Positions 13,531 through 27,032 of a DNA stretch of 64,000 nt are shown piece after piece (the first letter of the stretch is position 1; every line of letters begins with the position of its first letter). Position numbers and translations under genes: made by a program. Location of the stretch: contig OZ024740.1 in the NCBI GenBank assembly GCA_964016885.1, positions 232,686,001 through 232,750,000 of the forward strand. The letters are read 5' to 3'. This DNA comes from Eledone cirrhosa. Lineage: Eukaryota. Below the pieces are notes generated by a model. It was not told the DNA's origin and did not search any database. It was given only the letters and a program-made list of their open reading frames with translations.

Positions 13531-13660
13531 ATAATTATGGTTTTATAAATATAGTTTCCATTTATTAATATATTGAATATTTACTCCAGTAAACTATTGA
13601 GTGCTCTATATCAGTTATAAACTTTTAAGCTTGTTGGAATTCCAACAAATTAAATATAAG

Positions 13661-13721
<61 letters not shown>

Positions 13722-13900
13722 TATATGTATATATACATATATATATGTATATATACATCTATATATGTATCTGTATATATATATATTATTTTTTTTTATA
13801 ATATATTATTGTCATACTTGTCCCTATATATAAATATATATATATATACATATATATAAATATATATATATATAAATATATATATAAATATATATATATT

Positions 13901-13933
<33 letters not shown>

Positions 13934-14137
13934 ATTCATATATATATATATATTTATATATATATATATTCATATATATATGTGTGTGTGTGTGTGTATG
14001 TATATTCATTATTACAAATTATGGTTTACGCGTATCACTTGTATGCAATACATAACTCTTTCCATACCCAGACGCAACTCTGGCACTTTCATCTGATATA
14101 TTTTTGCGTGCATAAATATATATACACACACACACGA

Positions 14138-14168
<31 letters not shown>

Positions 14169-14219
14169 CGTGTATATATGTATATGTGTATATATATATA
14201 TGTATATGTATGTGTGTAT

Positions 14220-14262
<43 letters not shown>

Positions 14263-14415
14263 GCGTATATATATGTATATATATATATATATATTGTGCG
14301 TATATATATGTATATATATATATATATATATATTTGTGTATATGTATTTATGTATTTTGTATATGTGTATATATGTGTATTTCTGTAGATGTGTTTGTAT
14401 ATGGATATATTTATA

Positions 14416-14457
<42 letters not shown>

Positions 14458-14646
14458 AAAGAATATATGATAGGGATAAACACTGATACAAGTATACATG
14501 TGTTCGCATTGCATATGACCAAATTAACTAGATTGAAAAATACTAATTGAAATAATACGGTTTGCCTGTTTCGATTTAAAATAATAAATCAATAAAAAGA
14601 CTATTTGAGTTTATAACTCTATATATAATATATATATATATACGAG

Positions 14647-14748
<102 letters not shown>

Positions 14749-15149
14749 AATGTGTCTGTTGACACCTGGAATATAGCTTAAGAGAAACATGACAATAATG
14801 ATTTGATAGGCACCTAATATTTTGAACTGGTTTATAGAATTCTCTTGGCCTTTGTCACTCTATATAGCGCTTTAAAGAATTAGCTTTTAAAGAATTTCAC
14901 TTTTCTTTAAATCCATCAACCATGACCGACCCCAACCATCTTATAGACAATTGAAATATAGGCAACTTAAGAGAAACTTAAAAATAAGCAGTGGCACCCC
15001 AATCTGAACTTGTTTATAGAATTCTTTCTGCCTTTGTCATTCTAAATATAAATTATAGCCTTAAAGGATTAGCTTTTAATGAATTCCCTTTTCTTTCAAC
15101 CAATGGCCTCCACCCATCCCACTCCCCACCCTCTCCTACCACCCGAAAA

Positions 15150-15317
15150 TATATAAATACCACAACATTTATTTTGGAAACCCAGATTCCTGATGATTTC
15201 TTAAGAATGAAACAATTCCAGTCCTGTAGAATCTCATGTATATTAAAACTTTTATACTCTACTATGTATTGAGTACCTTACTTACTGTGGTTACCTCCGA
15301 TTCAACCCGGAATAACT

Positions 15318-15320
<3 letters not shown>
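15150..15320 (+). mobile_element. Family B element, non-inverted copy
   Basis: Aligns with 4450-4580. Confidence 0.75.
15184..15234 (+). ncRNA. Type I hammerhead ribozyme motif
   Basis: AGATTC, CTGATGA, T-TTCTTAAGAA-T, GAA, ACA..TGT, A, GAATCT. Confidence 0.7.
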
Positions 15321-15398
<78 letters not shown>

Positions 15399-15536
15399 AG
15401 ATAAGCAGAACAAGTAAAATTCAACCAATTTTTCAAAATAACAAGTAAAATTCAACCAATTTTTCAAAATAAATCAAAATTAATATACAATTAAAATTAA
15501 TCAAATTAAAAAATATAATATAAATATATATATATA

Positions 15537-15818
15537 AGTCTAAAGTCTGTCTTAGGCCGGAAGGCTCCTTTTGGCCGGTGCTTACTCCGGTTTCGTGTCG
15601 TGAAGTGACTGAGAGTACAAGACTCCCCCTGGGACAGGACGACAGTCCATCGCTGGGTTAGACCCCCATCTGTTGTCGGTACTCATTTTGAGCTGAGTAT
15701 ACTGGAGCAACTTGAAATGAAGTGTTTTGCGCAAGAACACAACACGCATCCCAGGAATCATAACCACGATATTAGGATCGTAAATCCAACACCCTCACCT
15801 CGAGGCCACGTGCCTCCA
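15537..15818 (-). mobile_element. tRNA-derived SINE family 2 (Nin/Deu-like core)
   Basis: Minus strand TGGAGGCACGTGGCC head, GTTGTGTTCTTG..AAAACACTTC..AAATGAGTACC..GCGATGGACTG, tail AGACTTTAGACT; copies at 27033 and 48642. Confidence 0.75.
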
Positions 15819-15974
15819 CACACACACACACACACACACAAATACAACCCCTCCCCCATATATATATATCACCACCCTACTCTCTAGAGCGTGAAACTAA
15901 TAAACCTTTGTTCGTACTGCCTCTCTGTTTTGTTCCCGTTCAATCTTTTACTATTTATATATATATATATATAT

Positions 15975-16168
15975 AGGAACCAGTAAGACCCCGACGGCTG
16001 AGCTCAAGCCGTTTCGACGGCTAATTCTGAATTAGAATTAGCCGTCGAAACGGCTTGAGCTCAGCCGTCGGGGTCTTACTGGTTCCTATTACCCACTCTA
16101 CTACCCCAAGTATTGAGTACTTTGGTGCGTTATGGTCCACCTGGTTCCTTACCACATTTCCTTCGTTA
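15975..16168 (+). mobile_element. Family A palindromic element
   Basis: Perfect ~54-bp arms plus tail ending TTCCTTCGTTA, in (TA)n. Confidence 0.9.
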
Positions 16169-16273
16169 TATATATATATATATAAAACTCTACTACGATG
16201 TTGATTACTCTTTCTTTCTCAATCGGCAACTATATACAGATATATGTGTGTATGTATATATGTGTGTATGTAT

Positions 16274-16394
<121 letters not shown>

Positions 16395-16904
16395 ATATTA
16401 TGTGAGTCACTATCAGAATTAATATGGAAGTATCTTCGAGGTCGCTTGACCTTTTGGAAATAGCAGCCGGAAGCTCTCAAACCACAATATGCAACCATAG
16501 GAAAAAAAAATAACGTTACATAGCTTAAAGTAGTCTGAAAATCAATCGTGATGTTGCTGGCTTGAATGTTGTGATCATAGGTCTACGTGATGAGGACTGA
16601 TGAGAGATTAAACAAAAAGAACGCCTTGCTCTTACAGACCGATATGTAGAAAAGATTGCAAGTGAGTGGTGTCAGTCGGTTTATATATATATATACCACC
16701 AAGTCTCATATGTACATGCCGGCTATGTGTGGGGTAAAGGGAAAATGAAAATAGTTTCATCTTTTATTTTTAACTTTTTGAATTTACGGTATTTCAAAGA
16801 ATGTCTGTAGGAAAAAGAGTGGCACTTTTACAAGAATTGTTGAAGAAGCGTCAGCCGAGAACTCTATTTGCAAGAATAATATACAAAAAAAGTATTACTC
16901 GTAA

Positions 16905-17105
16905 TAATTGTTTGTACTTTTGGCACAAGGACAGCAATTATCACACCCAGTGCATTACTGGTGCTTTATTTTATCGGCCCCCTAAGGATTGAAGGCAAAG
17001 TTAACCTCGGTGCGATTTGAACTCGGACCGAAAATGGACGTAACTCGATGCTGCAAAACATGGTGTCTGACTGACTCTCTACCGATACTGCCAATCCAGC
17101 GCCCT
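16905..17105 (-). mobile_element. SINE family 1
   Basis: Same core as 13105-13288. Confidence 0.7.
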
Positions 17106-17184
17106 AGAGTAGGTTCTGGTTTAGGCTCAAGGCCAACACTGTTTGGGAAAGGAAGATCCATTAAACCGACCTCTGTTCCTTACT

Positions 17185-17738
17185 GGTCTAACGTGCTTGC
17201 CCATCTTTCTTCCCCACGTCCCTATGTACACCTGGAAGGATTCTTCCAGGATGCTCCGCAGCTACATCGTCTCATCATCTCATCAAGCCCACTTGGTGAT
17301 TTTAACGTCCCGAAAATGGGTTTTCTTGATGATCCATTTGAGCTTAGTGGAAAGGAAATGGTTCGTTTCAAGATGCCTGAGGATATCCTGTATCGCAACT
17401 AATTCGGCACTATCTTTGCGTAGATTCTCGGTGATAACCATCCAAACGCTGTTGGGGTCCACGCGCAGCTCACTTGCGATCAGTCGAACAGTCACCCGAA
17501 GATCACCACACACCACTTGCCTCACGTGCTCAACATTGGCCTCAGTCCTGCTCATTGGAGGCCTTCCGCTCCTGCTCATTGGGGGCTTTCCGCTCCTGCG
17601 GTCGTCTTCCACGTCCTGGTGTCCCTCTTTGAACCCGGATATTACATTACACGATAACGCAATCCACTAATTCCTATCCCATACACACCCGACATAGCAC
17701 ACTAAACTAGGTCCTGTTACTTTTCTGACTCACCTCGT
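17185..17738 (-). mobile_element. Internally deleted mariner transposon remnant
   Basis: EDDRRSG..SGRPPMSRTEANVEHVRQVVCGDLRVTVRLIASEL (mariner HTH region) is fused to C-terminal HFLSTKLKWIIKKTHF; TIR-like TACGAGGTGAGTCAGAAAAGTAAC at the right end. Confidence 0.85.
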
Positions 17739-18276
17739 ATACTGCAGGAAAGAGGTCAACGAAGATTCATAACAGCGGAGACCTCTACGTAGCTGCTCAA
17801 TCGCATTTACTTGTCACCCACCTTACGAAACAAAAGGACACATTTGTCGGGATCCGTTCTAACCACATTATATCACGAAAGAAAAAAAAAACCTTTTGGT
17901 TTAGGCTGGAACACCTGCGATTATAGGCCTGTTCGATCGGATTTGATCGAGATTTAACAAAACAGTAACAATTCAATAATTATTTAAACACCGTTCCCCA
18001 ACAATTGCCAGTGTTTCTTTCTGAGATTTATAAAGTATATACAGATACATGCACCTCATTTCTATTGTCAAGAATATATTGTAGAGAACTCTCTATAACG
18101 ATTAGAGAAGCATGCATCACGGGACGAACGGATATAACAAGCTAAGCTCAACAAAGAAATACCTCAACATAATAAATTTAGATGAGTTGTAAACAATACA
18201 GGGTACTAAAGGTTGGGCACCTAAGATAAACTAAACTAAGAGACAAATGGTCAGATATGTTTGACAATTCTAATGA

Positions 18277-18311
<35 letters not shown>

Positions 18312-18326
18312 TGCGTGCGTGCGTGC

Positions 18327-18368
<42 letters not shown>

Positions 18369-19244
18369 GTGTGTGTGCGCGCGTGTGTGTTATGTATATA
18401 AAGGCTTTATATACCGGAAAAAATAACTTTTTCAGTAGGCACTTTTGTGTACCGGTTAACACGGCTAAATTTTATATTGCAGAACTGGGTTCAAGTCCCA
18501 CGGCGAGCGCTGTATTAAAGGTTTCCGTCTACAAGTATTATACACCCAACTTAAAAAACAATTTTTCATAGTAAAAAAACGTTGATGCTTCTGGGCGAGA
18601 AAATGCTTCAGATTCAACCAACTAATAACTCTCTAGAAAAGCGAACTAAAGCTGAAAATGTCTTCTTGCTTCACAACGGTCACTTATCTGATTTGAATTG
18701 TGTGACCCAACAACACATCCCAGCCTTTAAACTAGTATGGCCAAACGGTTAGCAGTCCGGCTTACTAACCCCAGGAATAGACTACAAAAGGGCGGCTGTG
18801 TCACCACTCTATATTTTCTACCGCTACTACAGTGGCATCTACTCAACATAAAGCTGGTTAAGTGTTAACTAGCTGAGGAAATCACTATCTGTAACTGCCT
18901 CTTCAGTTGTTACCAATATTGTAATTGCTTCTTCAGTTGATACCAAATCTCCCCTGATACAGCAGTGACCACTACGCCCAGATGATGCACCATAGTACAC
19001 AACTACATGGTACATATTTATTCCTGCTGTACTCGGTTTACAATTTGTCTAAGGAATTGACGATAACACAGGTCTCCGCTAAACTGCCAAGGTTATAGTG
19101 AGAGGTTTTTCTTCGAGACCAGATTAATAATAAACAGAAAATCATTAGTTTTTTTCTCTTTGCAGAATGGTATGCTTATATATATGTACACACACACACA
19201 CACACACATATGTATATATACATATACATAATATATATACATAT

Positions 19245-19740
19245 ATATTATAAGGAATTTATATCTAGTAACATTTATATACACATTTATATACGCGTGT
19301 GTATATAAATGTTACTAGATATAAATTCCTTATAATTATCTCCAATTCATTTGTCGAGCAATATTTGGCCATGACTGCTACTATGGTAGTAAGCTGGCCG
19401 CTGTCTTAATAACCACTCGCTTTCCACTGATTGACCTCGATGTCACGTGATTGATTCTTTTTGAATTTGCCACAGACGAGGAGGCAGTGATTTTCTCAAT
19501 GGCTTGGAATCCAGTCCACGCTTTGCTATTTCCATTCCACTGAATTATTTTTTTAATACGTTTCCAGTGTCCTCGCTATGCCTGGAGACCTATACGGAAA
19601 AAGACTTTCCTGATGACGGAATGATTTTCTATGTGTTTCTTCGGAAAATATATTTACTCCATTCCAGAAACTAATTAGTTGGAAGTGATTTTTTAGTAAG
19701 TAAGTTAATTTTATAATTTTCTTATTTTACGTCTCTCATA
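19245..19740 (+). mobile_element. PLE-type element with 5' palindrome and HHR
   Basis: Perfect ~38-bp arms at 19247-19337; HHR at 19604-19686; flanked by (TA)n. Confidence 0.55.
19604..19686 (+). ncRNA. Type I hammerhead ribozyme motif
   Basis: ACTTTC, CTGATGA, C-GGAATG..CATTCC-A, GAA, ACTAATTAGT, T, GGAAGT: all three stems close and the site is GUU. Confidence 0.7.
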
Positions 19741-19778
19741 CATATATATTATGTAGATATATGTATAATGTATATATG

Positions 19779-19815
<37 letters not shown>

Positions 19816-19968
19816 CATATATACAGAAGCGAAAACCATCCCAAACCAAACAGTAAGAGTGTTCTGTTTCTGGCAATATTATAACAATATGACCCCCCCC
19901 CCTTTCAGTATAACAATATATATATTATATATGTATATATACAATATGTATAATATATATATATATTT

Positions 19969-20087
<119 letters not shown>

Positions 20088-20250
20088 AAAATTGGAAAGA
20101 ATAACTTCACTTGTAGTTCTAAACAATTTAATTTTACAATATTATAATTTTACAATTTGGTTTTGTACAAAGTGAAATCATTTTTTTCCTTTTTTCAAAT
20201 CTATCCAACTGTACCAAGGATTTCACCCATTCTCCAATATATATATATAT

Positions 20251-20436
20251 CAATGATATTAATAAATGGAAACTATATTTATAAAACCATATTTATAAAA
20301 TCATATTTTAAAAAATAAATGTAGTTTCCATTTACTAATATCATCGATATTATACTCCAGAAAACCTGTCGTGTGCTTCGAATCTGTGATAAATATAATT
20401 TTTTGAATTACCAACAAATTAAATATCTCTTTGCTT
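20251..20436 (+). mobile_element. Short family E element (palindrome plus tail, HHR deleted)
   Basis: ATAAATGGAAACTATATTTAT arm and tail ACTCCAGAAAACCTGTCGTGTGCT..ACCAACAAATTAAATATC. Confidence 0.7.
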
Positions 20437-21048
20437 ATATATATATAAAGGGAGAGAGAGAGACAGAGACAAATAGAGAGAGGGAGAGAGAGAGTCAGTG
20501 ACAGAGACAGACAGAGAGAATGAGAAAAAAGGGCGGGGGAGGGTGGGGGCCGTTAGCAATATCAGTAGAGTGCCGGAGTTTGTGATTGTTAAAATAATAA
20601 TATTAAGTGAAAAATGGAAAATGAAACACAAAATGAATCTAGAGATAATCTTGAAGCAAAATCAATGAATGTCTTAAAGAAAGCAAACAAATAAAGTGTG
20701 TTATTTTTATGGTTATTACTCTGGTATATACATAAATATTATACTTTAAAACAGATATCTGTTTGGATATGTATGTATTTGATGACAGATTAGGCATACA
20801 TGCACATACATACACACACACGCATATATATAAGTATTCGTTATATAGATTCTTGGAGAAGCCTTTGTAAGACCTATTGGAGTGCCCAGATAAACACAGT
20901 CAAAGAAGTATGTACCTCACTGTCTAGATGTGCCAGTTACGGGAACTTGATTCATCTGATGTCATATATATATATATACATACATTCACTCATAAGTACA
21001 TACATACATTCTTTCGTACCTACATACATGCTTGCATGCATTCCCAAG

Positions 21049-21079
<31 letters not shown>

Positions 21080-21479
21080 GAAAGGTATAGAAAACATTGT
21101 AGCGAAAAGCCAACAGTATTCCATAATATATAATATATATATATATATTCTTGGGAAAATGTCCCTACATCGGACGTGAACAGCTTGATTTGCTTCCGTG
21201 CACTAGGTGGTTTTGTATGCACTTACTTCTCATGCATATTGGAATACAGATTTCTGACAATTTCATGTAACCACAATGAAGATCCTTTGTAGATATACAC
21301 ATAAACAAAGATACGCACTACATCTGAAATACGCACTAACATATATAAATGCTAACACTCACATACGAGATTTACAAAGGAGGTAAATATTTAAAAAGTG
21401 ATAGAGTTTAAGGGAACCACACACTAGCGAGCACACACATACACACATACACATAAATATATGTTTATATATACATACA

Positions 21480-21732
21480 TGATGGCTGCCCCCTCGTTAT
21501 TGAATATGGCTATTGCACGATATAACATTATTGATAATTATCAATTAATGCCTGTGCAATGCCTGTGCGTGAAGATTTTTTCAAAGTGTGGTAAGACTGC
21601 ACTGAGCGAACCCCACTCTCTGAGCTACAGCAGCTATAACCCGAAAAGAAGAAAAGACCAACATCATCGGTAACTACGGAGCCGCAGGTCTTAAGTCGGA
21701 GTTACCCCAGTTTCCTGAGTTGCCTTCTCCTA
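21480..21732 (-). mobile_element. Diverged relative of the bipartite RTE-derived element
   Basis: Shares TGCCTGTGC, AAAAGAAGAA..CAACATCAT and GAGTT..CCTTCTCCTA blocks with 135-549. Confidence 0.5.
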
Positions 21733-21750
21733 CATGCATACATACATACA

Positions 21751-22102
21751 TGGTGGCTGCCAACTCGTTTTCGAGTACGGCCACTACTTTATATCCATGT
21801 AGGAGAACCCTACCGATGCGCTGAACGAGTGTGACTTTTTAGTCCAGTCAGCGACTAGAAAACTCTGGTACAAACACTACACCTGTGACAATTATTGACA
21901 CATATTGCTGGGCCCATGGCACCATGTGACGACAAGTGCAGAGAGATCTCCAGATATAAAGCATTGCCTGTGCCGTGAAGCTTTTATAGTGAGCAAAGGC
22001 ACTGCACAAAGCCAGTCCCACTCTCTTAACCAAGATGACATTTACCAAAAAGAAGAACAAGTCAACATGATTGGATACCATCAGGTTTACAGGTGTTATA
22101 TC
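21751..22102 (-). mobile_element. Bipartite RTE-derived element, second copy
   Basis: Collinear with 135-486; the zinc-finger remnant carries a premature stop. Confidence 0.7.
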
Positions 22103-22598
22103 ATACATAGATACATATATCAAACATACATAGATACATATATCAAACATACATAGATACATATATACATTTCAATATACCCTACTTACATTCCTCATAG
22201 GACTTCTAACAAATGACCTCATATGTACATAAAACAAAATTATCCGTGATCTCTAATCGGCTTTTTATTTACATTTGCATACTTTAGAGAATGTACAACT
22301 GTTTTTCAAATTGCTCCTTTGTGATAGTTAATTAATAATTTCGTTAATTAACTTTGAAAGAAACTATTATGTCAAGATAAGCCACAACTGTTTAAACAAC
22401 TATAATTTAATTCTTATATATAGGTGTGTGGGCGCGCGCGCGCGCGTGTGTGTGTATGTGTGTGTGTGTGTGTGTGTGTGCGTGTGTGTGTGTGTACGAC
22501 TGCAAGTACGTATGTTTGTATGTATGTTTTTGTTTGTATACATGAATGTGTATGCAACTAATGCAGCTATATATATATTGTAATATATACATATAATA

Positions 22599-22691
<93 letters not shown>

Positions 22692-23354
22692 AGAGAGAGT
22701 TTATTTTAGAAATGACCAGGAAAGCTTTATTTTTGTTTTGTATGACACAATTCTAGTCCTATGGAAGCCATTTCTATTTTAAACTTGATATATAGATACA
22801 GGCGCACCATCATGTGTGTATGTTTGTGCGTGTGCTCGATTGTGTTTGTACATACTTATGTATACATAGGTACATTAGGTATATATAATGAACCTATATG
22901 TGTGAATCTGTGTATATCTGGCTGTCTTTCTCTATGTATGTATCTATGAATATTTGTAACAATGTATAAAACCTGGAACTTAGAGTCGTGATAAGTACGT
23001 GGAATTCATGTTAGAGAGTTCAGTCGTTCAGAAACTCTCAACGTTCAGGCCCCTGAACATTATGTAAATGTGTATTATAGTGTCAGAAGGCATTGTGGCC
23101 CTAAACAATCAATCTTTGCAGTTCTCATTGTTTTTGCCATTAGTCAGACAGGACAGATAAATCTTAGAATTATGTTTGTTCTAGCTTTGTTTTCCTGGGA
23201 ACCATGTAGATAGATCTAGATTCCAATGACACCCCTTTTCTTAACGCGATTGTGTAATTTATGGTAGATTTTCCTGCTATTCATATGAGCCATCACATAC
23301 AGCGACCACATAGGGCATTTATTTCATTAGTGGCCAAGCTATAAATATATTGGC

Positions 23355-23585
23355 AGCTGGGCGGTCGATAGTTAGAATCGTTGGAGTCTCAGACAAAATG
23401 TCTTTTGTTATTTCTTCCGGCTCATTACGTTCTGAGATTAAATTCCACCGAGGTCAACATTTGACCTTCACCCTTCAAGATTAGATAAAATAAAATACCA
23501 GTCAAGAATGGCCTGGGTCGATTTAATCGGCTTTTTTCTTCGCCCAATTCCCTGGCCTTTCGTCTAACGCAGAAACCAGATTTAT
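23355..23585 (+). mobile_element. SINE family 1, diverged
   Basis: CCGAGGTCAACATTTGACCTTCA..GATAAAATAAAATACCAG core. Confidence 0.6.
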
Positions 23586-24201
23586 TATTGATGTTCCAAC
23601 CACCATCTTCCTTTTTCACTGACATATTTCTAGCACTACACTATGTAACATATTTTCCTATTGCTGTTGTTGTTTAGGTCAGGTTTAACCCCAATTGAAA
23701 TGTACAATAAAAAGCAATCTAGGCTTCACCATCTCACGTTTAGTATTTTGAGACAACATCGTCCAATTTATGAATTTTTTTTTTTTTTCGTAAGCATTAT
23801 ATATATATAATTTGTGTGAATATATTTGATATGTCCACGAATGTCAAGCGGCGAATTGTAGTTTTACTCTTTTGGTTGTCTTCAATATTATATTAATGCA
23901 AGGTGTGATTTGAGAAATATTTGGCTGGTATTTCTTGTAGGTCGAGCGACCACCCACATTGTTCCTTCGTCGGCAGTTCATGCCCTCTAATCATTTTCTC
24001 CCTATCTCGTCGGGCAAGGGGTGTAGGACAAATGCAAATGTGTTTAACACTATATTATTCACTGACCCAAATGGCTATTTAATGTGTCTGTCATATCCAG
24101 GGGTCACTCACTATTGGCTAAAATTATCTTGAGATTATCTAAAGTAGCACAACAGACGTAAATCAGCAGGTTTACAAATTTTAGAAACGAAAGGACATTC
24201 T

Positions 24202-24269
<68 letters not shown>

Positions 24270-24344
24270 CCCCTCTCTCTCATTCAGTCTCATCTCTCTT
24301 TCACACAAACACACAAACACTCTTTAGGACCCATCAATAGCTAT

Positions 24345-24912
24345 CATTAAATTCCGCCGAAGTTGACTTTGCCTTTCATCCTTGCAGGGTAGATAAAATA
24401 AAGTACCAGTAATACACTGAGATAATTGCTGGCCTTGTGCTAAAAGAAGACACAATTATTATGTTCACCATGGGGGCGGTGGATTGGCAGCAGTATCGGT
24501 GGAATGTCGGACGCCATGCTTTGCTGTATACAATTACGGCCCTTTATGATCTGAGTTCAAATCCCACCTAGGTTAACTTTGCCTTTCATCGTTAAGGGGT
24601 CGATAAAATAAAGTACCAGTCATGCACTGGGTCGATTTAAACCATTTTCCCCTCACCCATCCAAAATAATTGCTCGCCTTGTGCCTACAAATGAAATCAT
24701 TATTATCAGACCTAGGGGCGGAGGATTGGCACTATCGGTAGAGCGTCAGACACCATGCATTGCTGCAAAGAGATATGGCCCTTTACGTTCTGATTTCAAA
24801 TACCGTCGAGGTTAACTTTGCCTTTCATCCATACAGCGGTCGATAAAATAAAGTACCAGTAATGTACTGGGTAACTGCTGGGTGGCCTTGTGCCAAAAGT
24901 AGAAACAATTAT
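24345..24912 (+). mobile_element. Three tandem SINE family 1 copies
   Basis: Core at ~24355, ~24565 and ~24805; heads GGGGCGG(T/A)GGATTGGCA at 24472 and 24714. Confidence 0.85.
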
Positions 24913-25285
24913 TTTATATGAGATATATTAAAGATCTCATTTCCCAAACGAATCGTTTCATTGTAAGATTTCTACATGGTGGGTGAAATTATAGCAAGTT
25001 ATGTAGGAACTTGTGTAAGATCAATGGATTCCTATGCAAGTGGGCTCTTACAAATCTTCAGTGGGTGCCCAATAATATTAATATTAATAACTAAATCAAC
25101 ATCAATATTTAACGATAATCACCATCAGTGCTAGAAGGAGCTGTTAGGTTGTAAGTCCAGTAGTTCGAAAGAAAATCTCACACTGTCCCCAAAATGGGAG
25201 GAGAAGGGTACCATGAAAAATAATACACACGCAGGTTATTGAACTCTGACAAGAATTCAAGCTTCGTGCGAATATTATATATATA

Positions 25286-25457
25286 TTTAATATGGAAAAG
25301 CTTCTACAGGACTAGAACTGTTTCATGCGTGAGAAATCATCAGGAATGAAACAGTTCTAGTCCCGTAGAAGCTTTTCTATATTAAACATTTATACTCTGC
25401 CTTGTATTGAGGACCTTACTTACTGTGGTTACCTACGATTGAACTCGGGATAACTTA
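25286..25457 (+). mobile_element. Family B palindromic element (complete HHR core only on the inverted arm)
   Basis: Minus strand TTC-CTGATGA..GAAACAG..CTGTA-GAA at 25302-25346; family B tail. Confidence 0.8.
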
Positions 25458-25471
25458 TATATATATATATG

Positions 25472-25511
<40 letters not shown>

Positions 25512-25542
25512 GTATATATATATATATTTATATATATATTAA

Positions 25543-25682
<140 letters not shown>

Positions 25683-25713
25683 GTATATATATATATATAT
25701 ATATATATATTAA

Positions 25714-25766
<53 letters not shown>

Positions 25767-25799
25767 GTATATATATATATATATATATATACAAATGTA

Positions 25800-26075
25800 A
25801 ATTAGCGAGAATCGCATTTCGGCTATTGGAAATTAGCGAAAAACAACTTCCGAAATGTGTGGCAAGCGCTCAATAGAAACGAGTGAACTAGAGCAATAAA
25901 CATACGTTAAAAGGCCAAACCCACTGAGACGATAGTTAAACCATTAACCGCAAAGCCATAGAAGCGAGCAAGCTATTCGGGTCAAACAAATAATAAAATA
26001 TGATTGAAAAATATATCCGGACCCTCGGAATCCAATATGGGGTTTCTGCAACTCCTAAATCAGGTACTGTCTGCT
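25800..26075 (-). mobile_element. PLE-type fragment with HHR 3' half and tail motif, abutting a SINE
   Basis: Minus strand GAA-ACCC..GGGT-C at ~26017-26046 and ACTCGTTTCTATTGAGCGCT at ~25865-25884. Confidence 0.45.
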
Positions 26076-26081
26076 TAAACA

Positions 26082-26275
26082 AATAATTGTTTCTACTTTT
26101 GGCACAAGGCCAGCTATTATCCCAGTGCATTACTGGTACTTTATTTTATCGACCCCGTAAGGATGAAAGGCAAAGTTAACCTCGGCGGGATTTGAACTCA
26201 GATCATAAAGGGAGGTAACTCTATGCTTCAAAGCATGGCGTCCGACCGACCCTTACCGATACTGCCAATCCACCG
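26082..26275 (-). mobile_element. SINE family 1
   Basis: Near-consensus copy. Confidence 0.85.
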
Positions 26276-26483
26276 AAGCTTTTGGTATTATGATCGAACA
26301 AGGAAGTCACTTTTTTAACAGGCATTTAGTTCTATATATATATATATACATTTACATATTTAAACATAGATTATTTCTTACTATTACTCACACTTTTCCA
26401 TCATCACCTTGGGATATAACTTCCCACCCATACTAAACCTAGCACCAGCACCATAGCCACCACCACCACCACCGCCACCACCG

Positions 26484-26514
<31 letters not shown>

Positions 26515-26581
26515 TACTACTACTAGCCACATAATATCACTAAAATTATCACCACCACGACTGACATACTAACAGCATTAT

Positions 26582-26770
26582 GTGGATTGGCAGTATCGGT
26601 AGAGAGTCGGACGCCATGCTTTGACGCATAGAGTTACAGCCCTTTCCATTCTGAGTTCAAATCCCGCCGAGGTTAACTTTGCCTTTCATCCTTACGGGGT
26701 CGATAAAATAAAGTACCAGTAATGTACTGAGTAATTGCTGGCCTTGTGCCAAAAGTAGAAACAATTATTA
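26582..26770 (+). mobile_element. SINE family 1
   Basis: Near-consensus copy. Confidence 0.85.
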
Positions 26771-27032
26771 CTACTTTCATTACCATCCACCCATTTCTCA
26801 CCTCCCAAGACAACTCTACTAAGAAAACCATCATTATCCCACCAGCACTAATATCACTGCCAACATCACATGTACGGCCACAACCACCACTACCATTTTA
26901 ATTATCATCACTATCACCATGATCATCTCTACCATTAAAATCATTTCTTCCATCATAGTAACTTCTTCCATCATCACTATGACCAATATCAACATCAACT
27001 CTACCACCATCAGCATCTTCAGCACCATGATC

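Larger units (their letters stand above)
13291..13662 (+). mobile_element. Palindromic PLE-type element, family E, with HHR in both arms
   Basis: 13293-13380 is the reverse complement of 13472-13559; tail ACTCCAGTAAACTATTGAGTGCT. Confidence 0.85.

Noticed and set aside
18900-19020. Minus-strand peptide YHVVVYYGASSGRSGHC resembling a USP His-box
   Set aside because: Short and imperfect match, flanked by stops and a local ~30-bp duplication.
24472-24570. tRNA-like A/B boxes
   Set aside because: These are SINE heads without a cloverleaf, not tRNA genes.
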